DNA of 64,000 nucleotides from Flavobacteriales bacterium (GTDB lineage: Bacteria; Bacteroidota; Bacteroidia; NS11-12g; UBA955), in assembly GCA_947457565.1 (NCBI GenBank), contig CANGWH010000001.1, positions 7,226-71,225 of the forward strand, given 5' to 3'. Made by a program: the position numbers and the translations under genes. The notes under the pieces are model-generated. The model was not told the origin of the DNA. It saw only the letters and a list, made by a program, of their open reading frames with translations, and searched no databases. Shown one piece after another: positions 9,067 to 18,637 of the stretch (the first letter of the stretch is position 1; each line of letters begins with the position of its first letter).

Positions 9067-10500
9067 CTAGACATTTCTCGACTTAACACCCAGATCAGCA
9101 GCAATTGAAACTGCTTTTTTCAAAGCCGCTAGTAATTGATTTTCAATTTCACCTTCCAATATTGCTTCTCTAACGGCATCCTTTATCATGCCGATATGCT
9201 GTGGATTTTTGATTTCAAAATGTTCAATAATGTGATTCCCAGTCAATACCGGTTGCCAATTTCTTAATTCATCTTTGGCATTTACTTCGGCAATTTTTTG
9301 TTCTACCAAAACTAAATTACGGAGGTGTTTTTCTACTTTCGCTTCGTTTTTACTGGTTATATCGGCTCTACACAATAAAATTAAATCATTCACAACTTCC
9401 CCAGCATCCACGATTAATCTTCGAACAGCAGAATCCGTTACTGTTTCTTTGCTCAAAACAATGGGTCTTAGATGCAGAAGAACCAGTTTTTCAACGTAAC
9501 GCATTTTCTCGTCTAGTGGCAGTCGTAATCGTTTAAATATCCCTTTTACCATTCTAGCACCTTTGTCCTCATGGCCGTGAAATGTCCACCCCACTTTAGG
9601 ATCAAACCGTTTAGTGGCGGGCTTTGCAATATCGTGCAATATGGCGGCCCATCGCAACCATAGATTTTGAGAGAGATTACATATATTATCCAAAACCTGC
9701 AGCGTATGATAGAAGTTATCCTTGTGCGATTTACCCGCAATTGTTTCAACACCATGAAGTGCAACAAACTCCGGAAACACGAGAGATAATAAACCAACAT
9801 TATACATTAATTCAAAAGCACGTGAGGGTTTATTTCCCATAATCATTCCGTTAATCTCATCCGTAATCCTTTCTTGCGACACAATATCAATTCTAGAAGC
9901 ATTTGCAGATAGCGCCTCTAATGTTTTTGTCTCAATTCTGAACTCTAATCTACAGGCAAATCGAATGGCTCGAAACATTCTTAGCGGATCATCAGAGAAC
10001 GTTAAATTAGGTTCCGAACATGTCCGGATAATTCCATTTTGAAGATCCTGAATTCCATTAAAAGGATCATGCAACCGACCATAAATATCGCTATTTAGCG
10101 ATAAATACATGCAGTTAATAGTAAAATCTCTTCTATTCTGATCATCTTCTAACGATCCGTCTTCAACAATAGGCTTTCTAGAATTACTGCGATAAGACTC
10201 TTTCCTAGCTCCAATAAATTCAATAATGTAATCTTCCGATTTAAGTTGGGCCGTTCCGAAATTTCTAAAAACTACAAGCGAATGTTCTGCCGATAATTTA
10301 TTGGCTACAGCCTCAGCAAATAGTACCCCGGAACCTACTGTAACTATATCAATATCTTTATTTTCCCTTCGAAGCATCAAGTCGCGAACGAATCCCCCAA
10401 CAACCCAAGCCCTCAGGTTTAGTTCATCAGCTACTTGTCCAATTATCTTCAAAATTGGTATCTCTAACGCTTCTTCCACAATGCAAAGATAGAGTTCCAA
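9067..10500 (-). CDS. cca: CCA tRNA nucleotidyltransferase (polyA polymerase family) with an HD domain; TTG start
   Basis: VVGGFVRDLML...DID head motif; HD domain (LHDIAKP); 477 aa. Confidence 0.85.
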   Translation of the reverse strand: MELYLCIVEEALEIPILKIIGQVADELNLRAWVVGGFVRDLMLRRENKDIDIVTVGSGVLFAEAVANKLSAEHSLVVFRNFGTAQLKSEDYIIEFIGARKESYRSNSRKPIVEDGSLEDDQNRRDFTINCMYLSLNSDIYGRLHDPFNGIQDLQNGIIRTCSEPNLTFSDDPLRMFRAIRFACRLEFRIETKTLEALSANASRIDIVSQERITDEINGMIMGNKPSRAFELMYNVGLLSLVFPEFVALHGVETIAGKSHKDNFYHTLQVLDNICNLSQNLWLRWAAILHDIAKPATKRFDPKVGWTFHGHEDKGARMVKGIFKRLRLPLDEKMRYVEKLVLLHLRPIVLSKETVTDSAVRRLIVDAGEVVNDLILLCRADITSKNEAKVEKHLRNLVLVEQKIAEVNAKDELRNWQPVLTGNHIIEHFEIKNPQHIGMIKDAVREAILEGEIENQLLAALKKAVSIAADLGVKSRNV

Positions 10501-10513
10501 TTATATTTGTACC

Positions 10514-12085
10514 ATGAGCCCAATCAGAAATAAGGGTATTTGGTTGATTATTATATTGTTTTTTATAAAAACAATGATGGTATTTTTTACTAATCTAGAC
10601 CATAGCGGCGATGGATGGGGTTATGCCTGTGAAATATTAAAACACAATTTTTTATCAGGACATCATTTACTTTACAATCTAACCGGGTATTTGTGGTTGA
10701 ATCTATTCTTTTGGCTACCAATAGAACCTATTAAATTATTGAGTTGGATGAATGTGGTAATTAGTTGTCTAACATTATTCATTTTCTATAAGTGGCTGAT
10801 AAACCAAAAACTTACGGATGAATTTGCGCTGAGTATTCTCTTATTACTTGCCAGTTGTTTTGGATTCTACCGATATTCTATTGAGAATGAAACTTATATT
10901 TTACCATTATTTCTTGGGATAATTTCAATTTATTATTTAGAAAGTACAAAACATTCTTCAGTCGCTTGGATTGCGGCAAGCTTAGCCTGTTTATTTCATC
11001 AAATTTATATTTTTTGGCTGATACCTATCTTAATCAAGGACTTTTTAAAATATAGAAAATCAACCCATATTATCGGTGCAATTGCCATCGTTACTCTCCC
11101 CTATTTCAGTGCTTCATTTTATTACAAAAAGAAAATATTATCCATTGTATTTCAAGATTTTAACAATGGATTAGTAAATAATTACTTTAATATTAAAAAT
11201 GTATTTATTGGTGCTGTAAATTTAATTCGCTCTGTTTTTGAAATACACGGTCGAATTTGGCTCTTATTTAAAAATGAAGTACTCTTTATTGTAGCCGCTC
11301 TTTTTCTACTCACTTTTTTAGCAATAAACACATACAAGCTCCTCGATAATATACGATTATCAAGATTGAAAATAAATGTATCTATATTTAAATTAGTTGA
11401 ATTTTGGATATTTATATCTACAATTATTTTTGCATTCTGGTCAAACGGAAATGCAGAATTCATGGTATCTTTACCTTTCTTAATTACCTTAATCGCAATT
11501 AAGCAATTTATAAAAAATATAAATATTGATACTAAATCGAGTAAATATTATATGATCATAGGGCTATTATTATTTACTTGGAATTCGTTATTTTACGTGA
11601 TTCCGATTTGCAATTCATCGTTGAACTCAAGCAATAAAGACAAAGTAAAACGTATTGAAAACCAAATACATAATCAACAGTCTACATTTAACTTTACTAC
11701 AAATAAATACGCAACTCCTAGATTTAATAATGCCAATATTCTAGAATTAGATACCACAACCCAATCAACTACAAAAAAGACCATCCAAGATACGTTCGTT
11801 TTCATTTCCTTAGAAGCGGCCACACTTCATAACTGTAAGGAATACTTCAATATTATATCGAATGAGAAAAAGCAAGATTTAATCATTTTCTTATTCCCAA
11901 ACGATACCGCACAATTAATGGAATATGGTCATTTACCGATTTACACCGATTTACAATCTGACAAAACAATACGCAGAGCATCCATAACAATGCTTACTAA
12001 ACTTAATGCCATGAAATTTAAACCTATCGACTCAATGGTAAGTAAAACTGGAGTTTACAGAATTTCTTATTGTGAAAGGATGTAG
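10514..12085 (+). CDS. Polytopic integral membrane protein of unknown function. It has ~10-11 TM helices and a ~170-aa C-terminal soluble domain. It may be a GT-C or Wzy/EpsG-like polymerase or glycosyltransferase.
   Basis: 523-aa ORF, very rich in I/F/L/N/K. First loop reads NLDHSGDGWGY. No recognisable catalytic motif. Confidence 0.45.
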   Translation: MSPIRNKGIWLIIILFFIKTMMVFFTNLDHSGDGWGYACEILKHNFLSGHHLLYNLTGYLWLNLFFWLPIEPIKLLSWMNVVISCLTLFIFYKWLINQKLTDEFALSILLLLASCFGFYRYSIENETYILPLFLGIISIYYLESTKHSSVAWIAASLACLFHQIYIFWLIPILIKDFLKYRKSTHIIGAIAIVTLPYFSASFYYKKKILSIVFQDFNNGLVNNYFNIKNVFIGAVNLIRSVFEIHGRIWLLFKNEVLFIVAALFLLTFLAINTYKLLDNIRLSRLKINVSIFKLVEFWIFISTIIFAFWSNGNAEFMVSLPFLITLIAIKQFIKNINIDTKSSKYYMIIGLLLFTWNSLFYVIPICNSSLNSSNKDKVKRIENQIHNQQSTFNFTTNKYATPRFNNANILELDTTTQSTTKKTIQDTFVFISLEAATLHNCKEYFNIISNEKKQDLIIFLFPNDTAQLMEYGHLPIYTDLQSDKTIRRASITMLTKLNAMKFKPIDSMVSKTGVYRISYCERM

Positions 12086-12137
12086 AAAGAGGTTCTAATA
12101 TTTGATATAAATTTTTTTAAAAAAACTAATAGCTAAC

Positions 12138-12155
12138 CACTGAAAAAATTCAGTG
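12138..12155. terminator. Perfect hairpin CACTGAA-AAAA-TTCAGTG between convergent genes; likely a bidirectional terminator
   Basis: 7-bp perfect stem seen directly, flanked by A/T runs. It lies between the end of the 10514-12085 (+) gene and the end of ftsE (-). Confidence 0.55.
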
Positions 12156-12225
12156 TACATCTAATAGAAACCGAACCGATGTCGTTAAATTGTTTATGTT
12201 ATAAATCATCCTTTTACCACACCCG

Positions 12226-12942
12226 TTAATCCGAACCTAAGATGTTTAATACAGGCGATAAATACTCCGCTGGATCTTGGATATAGTGAATATTTCGATT
12301 CGATAAGCGATATACGGTTCCACCAAATTTTTGAATTATACGGTAATCATGAGTTGCCATTAGAACAGAGGTCCCTTCTTTGGCTATAGATTTAAGCAAG
12401 GTCATGATTTCATCGGATACTTCAGGATCTAAATTACCGGTGGGTTCATCCGCAAGAATAACTTTTGGATTATTCAACAGTGCTCTAGCAATAACCAAAC
12501 GTTGTTGTTCTCCGCCACTCAATTCCGCAGGAATCTTATAATCTTTTGTTTGTAAACCTACCTTTTCTAAAACTTGATAAGCACGTTCTTTCATGTCGTG
12601 TTTATTTTTCCAACCAGTGGCTTTTAACACAAAAAATAAATTTTCTAATACATTTCTATCCGTGAGTAATTGAAAATCCTGGAATACAATACCAAGTTTT
12701 CTACGCAAAAAGGGTATCTCCTTTCTTGACAAACCTTTCAACTGATATCCTGCTATGGTTGCATCGCCAAAATGCAATGGAACTTCGCCATACAGTGTCT
12801 TAAGTAAGGATGACTTCCCGGATCCTGTCTTTCCGATGAGAAAGACAAATTCACCTTCGGCAACTTTCAAATCAATACTCTGCAGTACTTCAATTTGACC
12901 TTGAACGATGGTAGCTCCAGCGATATAAATTGGATAATCCAC
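12226..12942 (-). CDS. ftsE: FtsE-like ABC transporter ATP-binding protein
   Basis: Walker A GKTGSGKSS, signature LSGGEQQR, Walker B ILADEPTGNLD. No ftsX adjacent. Confidence 0.7.
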   Translation of the reverse strand: MDYPIYIAGATIVQGQIEVLQSIDLKVAEGEFVFLIGKTGSGKSSLLKTLYGEVPLHFGDATIAGYQLKGLSRKEIPFLRRKLGIVFQDFQLLTDRNVLENLFFVLKATGWKNKHDMKERAYQVLEKVGLQTKDYKIPAELSGGEQQRLVIARALLNNPKVILADEPTGNLDPEVSDEIMTLLKSIAKEGTSVLMATHDYRIIQKFGGTVYRLSNRNIHYIQDPAEYLSPVLNILGSD

Positions 12943-13035
12943 AAATCAAAAATAATCGATGTAAAATTATTTAAATCGTGATTCTTTGCACAATTAATAA
13001 ATTGTACACAATGTTGCACTATAACAAATCGACTA

Positions 13036-13725
13036 TCATAATTCCCAATCAATGGGGGGAATATTTTGATGAATTAACTGTTGATTGGTTTTAGAAAAAA
13101 TCCGTGATCCGAAGAAACCTCGATAAGCGGAGAGCGGACTAGGGTGAGCTGCCGTTATTATTGAAACCGGACAATCCAACAACTTATCTTTTAATTTATT
13201 AGCACTATTACCTAGTAAAATAAAAACTATCTTTGGTTTAGTTTCAGCAATATGAAAAATGACTGATTCTGTAAATTTCCCCCATCCTAGGTCTGCATGC
13301 GAATTGGGCTTTTTCTCCTCTACTGTTAACGAACGATTCAGCAACAAAACACCTTGTTTTGCCCACGGAGTTAAATCGGATTTCGACAAGACAGCATTTG
13401 ACAAGCCCATATCGCACACCAATTCTTTCAATAAATTCTTTAACGATGGCGGAGCTTTTACCCCTTTATTAACGCTAAATGCAAGTCCGTTTGCTTGACC
13501 AAACCCATGGTATGGATCTTGACCAACAATAACGCATTTCAATTCGTCTACAGGCGTAAGATGGAGCGCATTAAACAGTAAATTTCTAGGAGGAAAAACA
13601 GTAGCCCCTCGATACAAGGCATCTACAATGGGTTTAATCTTTTGCCAATGGTATAATGCTTCCGATTCCCTTAAAAAATCAATCCATCCACTAGGAATTT
13701 CCGACAAAAATTCATCGTTATTCAT
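13036..13725 (-). CDS. ung: Uracil-DNA glycosylase (family 1)
   Basis: GQDPYHG active-site motif and HPSPLS motif. Confidence 0.9.
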   Translation of the reverse strand: MNNDEFLSEIPSGWIDFLRESEALYHWQKIKPIVDALYRGATVFPPRNLLFNALHLTPVDELKCVIVGQDPYHGFGQANGLAFSVNKGVKAPPSLKNLLKELVCDMGLSNAVLSKSDLTPWAKQGVLLLNRSLTVEEKKPNSHADLGWGKFTESVIFHIAETKPKIVFILLGNSANKLKDKLLDCPVSIITAAHPSPLSAYRGFFGSRIFSKTNQQLIHQNIPPIDWEL

Positions 13726-13743
13726 AGATAAATATACTATTTA

Positions 13744-16638
13744 CTAATTAAGCAAATCTTCCAACTCTTCCATATTTAACGATGCCAAGATAGAATCTTC
13801 ATCGGGAATAACACTTTCCGCAAGCGCAGCTTTCTTGGCTTGAAGGGCGAGGATTTTTTCCTCAATAGTATTTTTGGTAATAAACTTATAGGAGAAAACA
13901 GGTTTGTCTTGACCAATTCTATGCGCTCTATCTTCCGCTTGACGCATGGTAAATGGATTCCACCATGGATCTGCCAAAAACACATAATCCGCTGCCGTTA
14001 GATTCAATCCGCTATTTCCAGCTCGAAGGCTTAATAGAAACACTTTTTTCTCGGACTGATTTTGAAATTGAACAATTTGTGCTTGTCGTTCTTTTTCATC
14101 CATAGAACCATCTAAATAGCAATAATCGATATTCTTTTCTTGTAAGGATTGTTCAAAAATCTTTAAATAACCAACAAACTGTGAGAATAATAGTATTTTA
14201 TGTCCATTGGACAGAGCCCTATCAAGCATCCGCATTATCTCATCATCTTTCCCACTACTGCCAATAAATTCATCTTCTTTTAGCGATGGATTCAAGGCAA
14301 TTTGTCGAAGATGCATAAGCCCATTAAAAATTTTCAATCTTGATTTAGAAATACCTACATCATTCACATGTTGTAATATTTCATTTCTATATTGATTTTT
14401 TACATTTTCATAGAGTTCTGCTTGATCGGAACTCATTTCACAAAAATGAACTTTTTCAATTTTGGGGGGCAATTCTTGCACAACTTGTTTCTTAGTTCTT
14501 CGCAGAACAAAAGGATCAATTAATTTTCTAAGATTATCTGTTTTATGTGGATTGGCACCTTTTTCTATAGGTTTAATAAAATTCTTTTCAAAATAGCTAA
14601 ACGTACCTAATAATCCAGGGTTTAAGAAATTCATCTGACTCCAAATATCAAGCAAGGTATTTTCGATTGGTGTTCCAGTTAAGGCAACTCGAAAATTAGA
14701 TTTTAATCGCAATAACGCTCTTGAGGTTTGTGAGGAAGGATTTTTAATTGCTTGACTTTCATCTAACACCACAAGGTTAATCCTCATTTTTTCTAAAAGT
14801 TCGATATCATTTCTCATGGTACCGTAACTCATAACAATCAAATCGACATCTTTAAATTGAGAGAGATAAAGTTTTCTATTAAAACCTGTATAAAGTAAAA
14901 CTTTTAAATCTGGAAAAAACTTATTGGCCTCTGATTGCCAATTATACAACAATGATTTAGGTGCAATAACAGCAGTTTTTATCCCTACGTCATCCCTGTG
15001 CTCTGTAGCGCTATGCTTTTTACAACTTTCCACTATAATAGCTAATGTCTGCAGTGTCTTTCCTAAACCCATATCATCGGCCAATAAAGCACCGAACCTA
15101 CGTTCATGCATAAAACGCATCCAACGGTATCCTTCTATTTGGTAGTCTCTGAATTCTGCATTAAATCCTTCAGGTATACCATACTCTGGCATTACAGTAT
15201 TCGTCAATTGCTGCGCTAACTCTTTAATTGAAGGTGCATTCTCCAAATATTCATCTAAATAACTTAATAATGAAACGTGAATATTTCTAACCCTGTAAGC
15301 TTCATCGTGTATTTCGGATAAATTAACGATTGGAGAAAAACGATTAAACCACTCTTTCGGCAGAATTACGATTTCACCGTTAGGTAGCAAATACTCCTGC
15401 TTTTTTTCAAGTATATTTTTTCTCAGTTTGATAAAAGGAATTTCAAAATTTGCAAGTTTAACAACGGCTTTTACATCAAACCAATCGATACCATTTTGTA
15501 CATTAACTACCAATTGAATATTCCCTAAATAATATCGAGTAGCATTACTTTCTTGTTGAATGGTAAATCCACCTCGATATAGAGCCTCGCGATTTTCATT
15601 TAACCATGCAATAAAATCTGGCGTATTATCAACATCCGGTAGGGCAAACAAACTTCCTGTATGCTGAATGAGACCTAATTCATTTAAATATTCCAACTTT
15701 TCTTTTTCAAAAGCATGACTTCGTCTAATCCTATGAAAAATAAATTGATTATCAGCAATTTCAAGTCGAACATTAACCTTTTTATTTACATGATATGGAA
15801 AATACCAAGATCCGTATTGCATAAACAAAGTAACGGCAGGTTTATCCCAATCTGAATTAAGCGATAGAACGGCTTTGGCTTCTAATTGTTCGGTAACAAT
15901 ATCAAATCCAACTGCATATACATCGTTATTTTCCAATAAAGGTTTTACGAATTTATCCATATAAGAAGCTTCTTGATGAGGATCAATATGGATGAATTTT
16001 CTAGTTAAAAAGGGTTTGATTTTTTTACCATCAACATAATTTGGAAAAAATATTAGTTTCTCGGAAGTTAATAACCAAGCGGGTTGATTAATTAGAATAT
16101 TAGAATCGTTGTCGAAAAAATTAACTTTTTCACCACTTTGTTTGATCGTGATGAAGTAATTAGTTCCAGTTTCGTCACGTCTGAAATGAAACAACACGGA
16201 TGCTGGTTCTTCCATGAAGGTAATTTGATTTTCCGTAACATCTCCGGGTTTTGTAGAATAATACAAAGGAAAATCTTTAATAATTGTTAAAACCAGCCAG
16301 AGTTGCTTCTCAATGTACGTTCTTATTACGGGTTCAATATCGGGAGTAAAATGTTTTACAAAAAAATCTCTCGCTTTTACGGGCTTTGTAGATTTAATAA
16401 ATCGGCTTATTATATGATCAACCTCAAAGGTTTCAATAATTGAAACTGCTTTTTTTTGAGCATCATTTAATTTAAAATAATCCGCATTTTTTTCTCTAAT
16501 TCTTTGATAGGTAAGCGAATGCTTTCCATTCTCTAACAATTGCACCGCATTGGCTTCCACCAAAATACCGAAATAAGGATGTTTAACAAAAGTAAAAACA
16601 ACTTCAAACGGCTTAGAATTAACAACCTCCATTATCAC
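13744..16638 (-). CDS. SNF2-family helicase (DEAD/DEAH ATPase + helicase C) with a ~450-aa uncharacterised N-terminal region
   Basis: DDMGLGKT (motif I), DESQAIKN (motif II), helicase C-terminal motifs. Confidence 0.85.
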   Translation of the reverse strand: MIMEVVNSKPFEVVFTFVKHPYFGILVEANAVQLLENGKHSLTYQRIREKNADYFKLNDAQKKAVSIIETFEVDHIISRFIKSTKPVKARDFFVKHFTPDIEPVIRTYIEKQLWLVLTIIKDFPLYYSTKPGDVTENQITFMEEPASVLFHFRRDETGTNYFITIKQSGEKVNFFDNDSNILINQPAWLLTSEKLIFFPNYVDGKKIKPFLTRKFIHIDPHQEASYMDKFVKPLLENNDVYAVGFDIVTEQLEAKAVLSLNSDWDKPAVTLFMQYGSWYFPYHVNKKVNVRLEIADNQFIFHRIRRSHAFEKEKLEYLNELGLIQHTGSLFALPDVDNTPDFIAWLNENREALYRGGFTIQQESNATRYYLGNIQLVVNVQNGIDWFDVKAVVKLANFEIPFIKLRKNILEKKQEYLLPNGEIVILPKEWFNRFSPIVNLSEIHDEAYRVRNIHVSLLSYLDEYLENAPSIKELAQQLTNTVMPEYGIPEGFNAEFRDYQIEGYRWMRFMHERRFGALLADDMGLGKTLQTLAIIVESCKKHSATEHRDDVGIKTAVIAPKSLLYNWQSEANKFFPDLKVLLYTGFNRKLYLSQFKDVDLIVMSYGTMRNDIELLEKMRINLVVLDESQAIKNPSSQTSRALLRLKSNFRVALTGTPIENTLLDIWSQMNFLNPGLLGTFSYFEKNFIKPIEKGANPHKTDNLRKLIDPFVLRRTKKQVVQELPPKIEKVHFCEMSSDQAELYENVKNQYRNEILQHVNDVGISKSRLKIFNGLMHLRQIALNPSLKEDEFIGSSGKDDEIMRMLDRALSNGHKILLFSQFVGYLKIFEQSLQEKNIDYCYLDGSMDEKERQAQIVQFQNQSEKKVFLLSLRAGNSGLNLTAADYVFLADPWWNPFTMRQAEDRAHRIGQDKPVFSYKFITKNTIEEKILALQAKKAALAESVIPDEDSILASLNMEELEDLLN

Positions 16639-16736
16639 TAAAATTCAAAACAATGGGAAAACTAAGCAAGATTATTGACTCCAACAACCTTTTGTTTGTA
16701 AAGATGATAAATTTGTAAAGGTTACATTACGAAACT

Positions 16737-17228
16737 ATGTCAGCTATCATTCAATCCGATTTCAATCATCTTTCCAAAGGTGATAAGTACGATTACTTCC
16801 ATCAAGCATGGCCATCGATTTGGGATTCAGCTATTTCCGTTGAATCTAATTTATGCAATTGTTATTCTCTACTTCGCCAAATATTCAATTGGTGGTGGGT
16901 TGGAAATTATTGGGTAAAAAACAACACACTCACTTTAGGCGTATTTCAAGGGGATCCTGCCTGTACTCTAATTGAATTTGGTCATGGAGTTTGCGGTAAA
17001 TGTTGGAAAGATGCAACCACATTAATTGTTCCCAATGTACATGAATTCCCGGGGCATATTGCTTGCAGTGCTTATTCCAATAGTGAAATTGTAATTCCTA
17101 TTTTCAATGCCAATTCTGAAGTTATTGGAGTTTTAGATATTGATAGTAAAGAATTTAACAATTTCGACCCTATCGACCGCATGCAATTGGAATTTTTTTG
17201 CACTAAATTGGCAGCTTTACTTCAATGA
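16737..17228 (+). CDS. GAF-domain protein, free methionine-(R)-sulfoxide reductase-like
   Basis: 163-aa single GAF domain with conserved Cys residues; preceded by TAAATTTG (-7 box) at 16708-16715. Confidence 0.6.
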   Translation: MSAIIQSDFNHLSKGDKYDYFHQAWPSIWDSAISVESNLCNCYSLLRQIFNWWWVGNYWVKNNTLTLGVFQGDPACTLIEFGHGVCGKCWKDATTLIVPNVHEFPGHIACSAYSNSEIVIPIFNANSEVIGVLDIDSKEFNNFDPIDRMQLEFFCTKLAALLQ

Positions 17229-18574
17229 ATCCCTTAAAACATAATCCAAAAAAGAACATTACATTGTTATTGATCGTAGCTTCCATGGGATATTTCGTGG
17301 ATATATACGATTTAATTTTATTTAATATAATCAAGAAAGACAGTTTAAATGCCTTGAATATTCCATTCGAAAAATATGAAACTGTATTATTTCGTTGGCA
17401 GATGGCAGGAATGCTAATTGGAGGTCTTATTTGGGGAATTTGGGGTGATGTAAAAGGAAGAGTTAGCGTTTTGTTTGGAAGTATATTACTTTATTCGATT
17501 TCAAACATTGCGAATGCTTTTGTAGAAACGGTTGAAGCCTACAAATTTTGGCGTTTAATGGCGGGTATTGGCCTTGCCGGAGAGTTAGGCGCAGCAATTA
17601 CATTGGTGAGTGAAATTATGCCTACCAAGAAACGGGGCATCGGTACAATGATTATTGTAACGTTTGGTGCTTTGGGGGCAGTTTTTGCTTTTATCATTAA
17701 TAAAAATGGAACTGCTATTACTTCATTCTTAAGCGATGTACTTGATAGGCCATTTCAAAATTGGCAAACCGCGTATATCGTTGGTGGTGTAATGGGATTG
17801 CTGTTACTTCTGATGCGGGCCGGAACCTTTGAAAGTGGTTTATTTGAAGAGGCCAAAAAAAATCAAACAACAGAAAAAGGAAACTTCTTCTGGTTACTTA
17901 AAAAACAAAATATAAAGAAATACGTGGCCTGCATCACAATCGGCTTACCAGTATGGTTTGTAATTGGAATTCTCATTGCACTCTCCCATCGATTATTTCC
18001 GGAGATCATTGGAGCCATTGGAGCACATAATACAGCGCACCCTATAAAAGACCATTACAATTTAGTTTCTACGCCAGAAATGGTTATGTGGAGTTACGTA
18101 GGATTAAGTTTGGGAGACATACTTTCTGGTGGATTAAGCCAAATCTTTCAAAGTAGAAAAAAAGTGATTTATCTTAACCTCATTGGGATCGTTTTCTTCA
18201 CCCTATTATTTTTATTTGGGCCAACTTTTAGTAGTACCGGTTATAAATGGATTGCCGTGTTACTAGGCACAGTTACTGGATATTGGGCTGTTTTTGTTAC
18301 TAATGCTAGTGAACAGTTTGGAACCAATATTCGTTCAACAGTTGCTGCAACAGTGCCGAATTTTGTTCGTGGTGGTGTATTGTTAATTACTGGTGGATTT
18401 GAGTTAATTGCTGATATTTTTAAGAACCACCCAGGATTTTGGAGTACCAGTCCGTATACATGGTCGTCTTGTATTATAGGATCAATTTGTATTTCCTTAG
18501 CTTGGTGGGGAACCACCACTGTAGAAGAATCATTTCACAAGGATCTCGATTATTACGAAAATAAACCTCAGTAA
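17225..18574 (+). CDS. MFS transporter
   Basis: 12-TM topology; 4-bp overlap with the upstream GAF gene. Confidence 0.75.
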   Translation: MNPLKHNPKKNITLLLIVASMGYFVDIYDLILFNIIKKDSLNALNIPFEKYETVLFRWQMAGMLIGGLIWGIWGDVKGRVSVLFGSILLYSISNIANAFVETVEAYKFWRLMAGIGLAGELGAAITLVSEIMPTKKRGIGTMIIVTFGALGAVFAFIINKNGTAITSFLSDVLDRPFQNWQTAYIVGGVMGLLLLLMRAGTFESGLFEEAKKNQTTEKGNFFWLLKKQNIKKYVACITIGLPVWFVIGILIALSHRLFPEIIGAIGAHNTAHPIKDHYNLVSTPEMVMWSYVGLSLGDILSGGLSQIFQSRKKVIYLNLIGIVFFTLLFLFGPTFSSTGYKWIAVLLGTVTGYWAVFVTNASEQFGTNIRSTVAATVPNFVRGGVLLITGGFELIADIFKNHPGFWSTSPYTWSSCIIGSICISLAWWGTTTVEESFHKDLDYYENKPQ

Positions 18575-18637
18575 TTAACCATTTATCAACGGCAAATAGT
18601 TTAGCCGTTTGTATGAAGTATCTTTGATGGAATTACC

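Noticed and set aside
12226-12942. Whether the FtsE-like ATPase and the lpxA-adjacent ABC ATPase (40729-41385) are orphan components of a novel transporter
   Set aside because: Both have ordinary Walker/ABC signatures. In Bacteroidota, ftsE is commonly separated from ftsX, and a small ABC ATPase downstream of lpxA is a recurrent arrangement. There is insufficient reason to call either unusual.
16695-16720. 9-bp direct repeat TTTGTAAAG x2 upstream of the GAF-domain gene
   Set aside because: The second copy overlaps a good Bacteroidota -7 promoter element (TAAATTTG at 16708-16715) positioned correctly for the ATG at 16737. A TTTG-rich promoter explains the repeat without invoking an operator.
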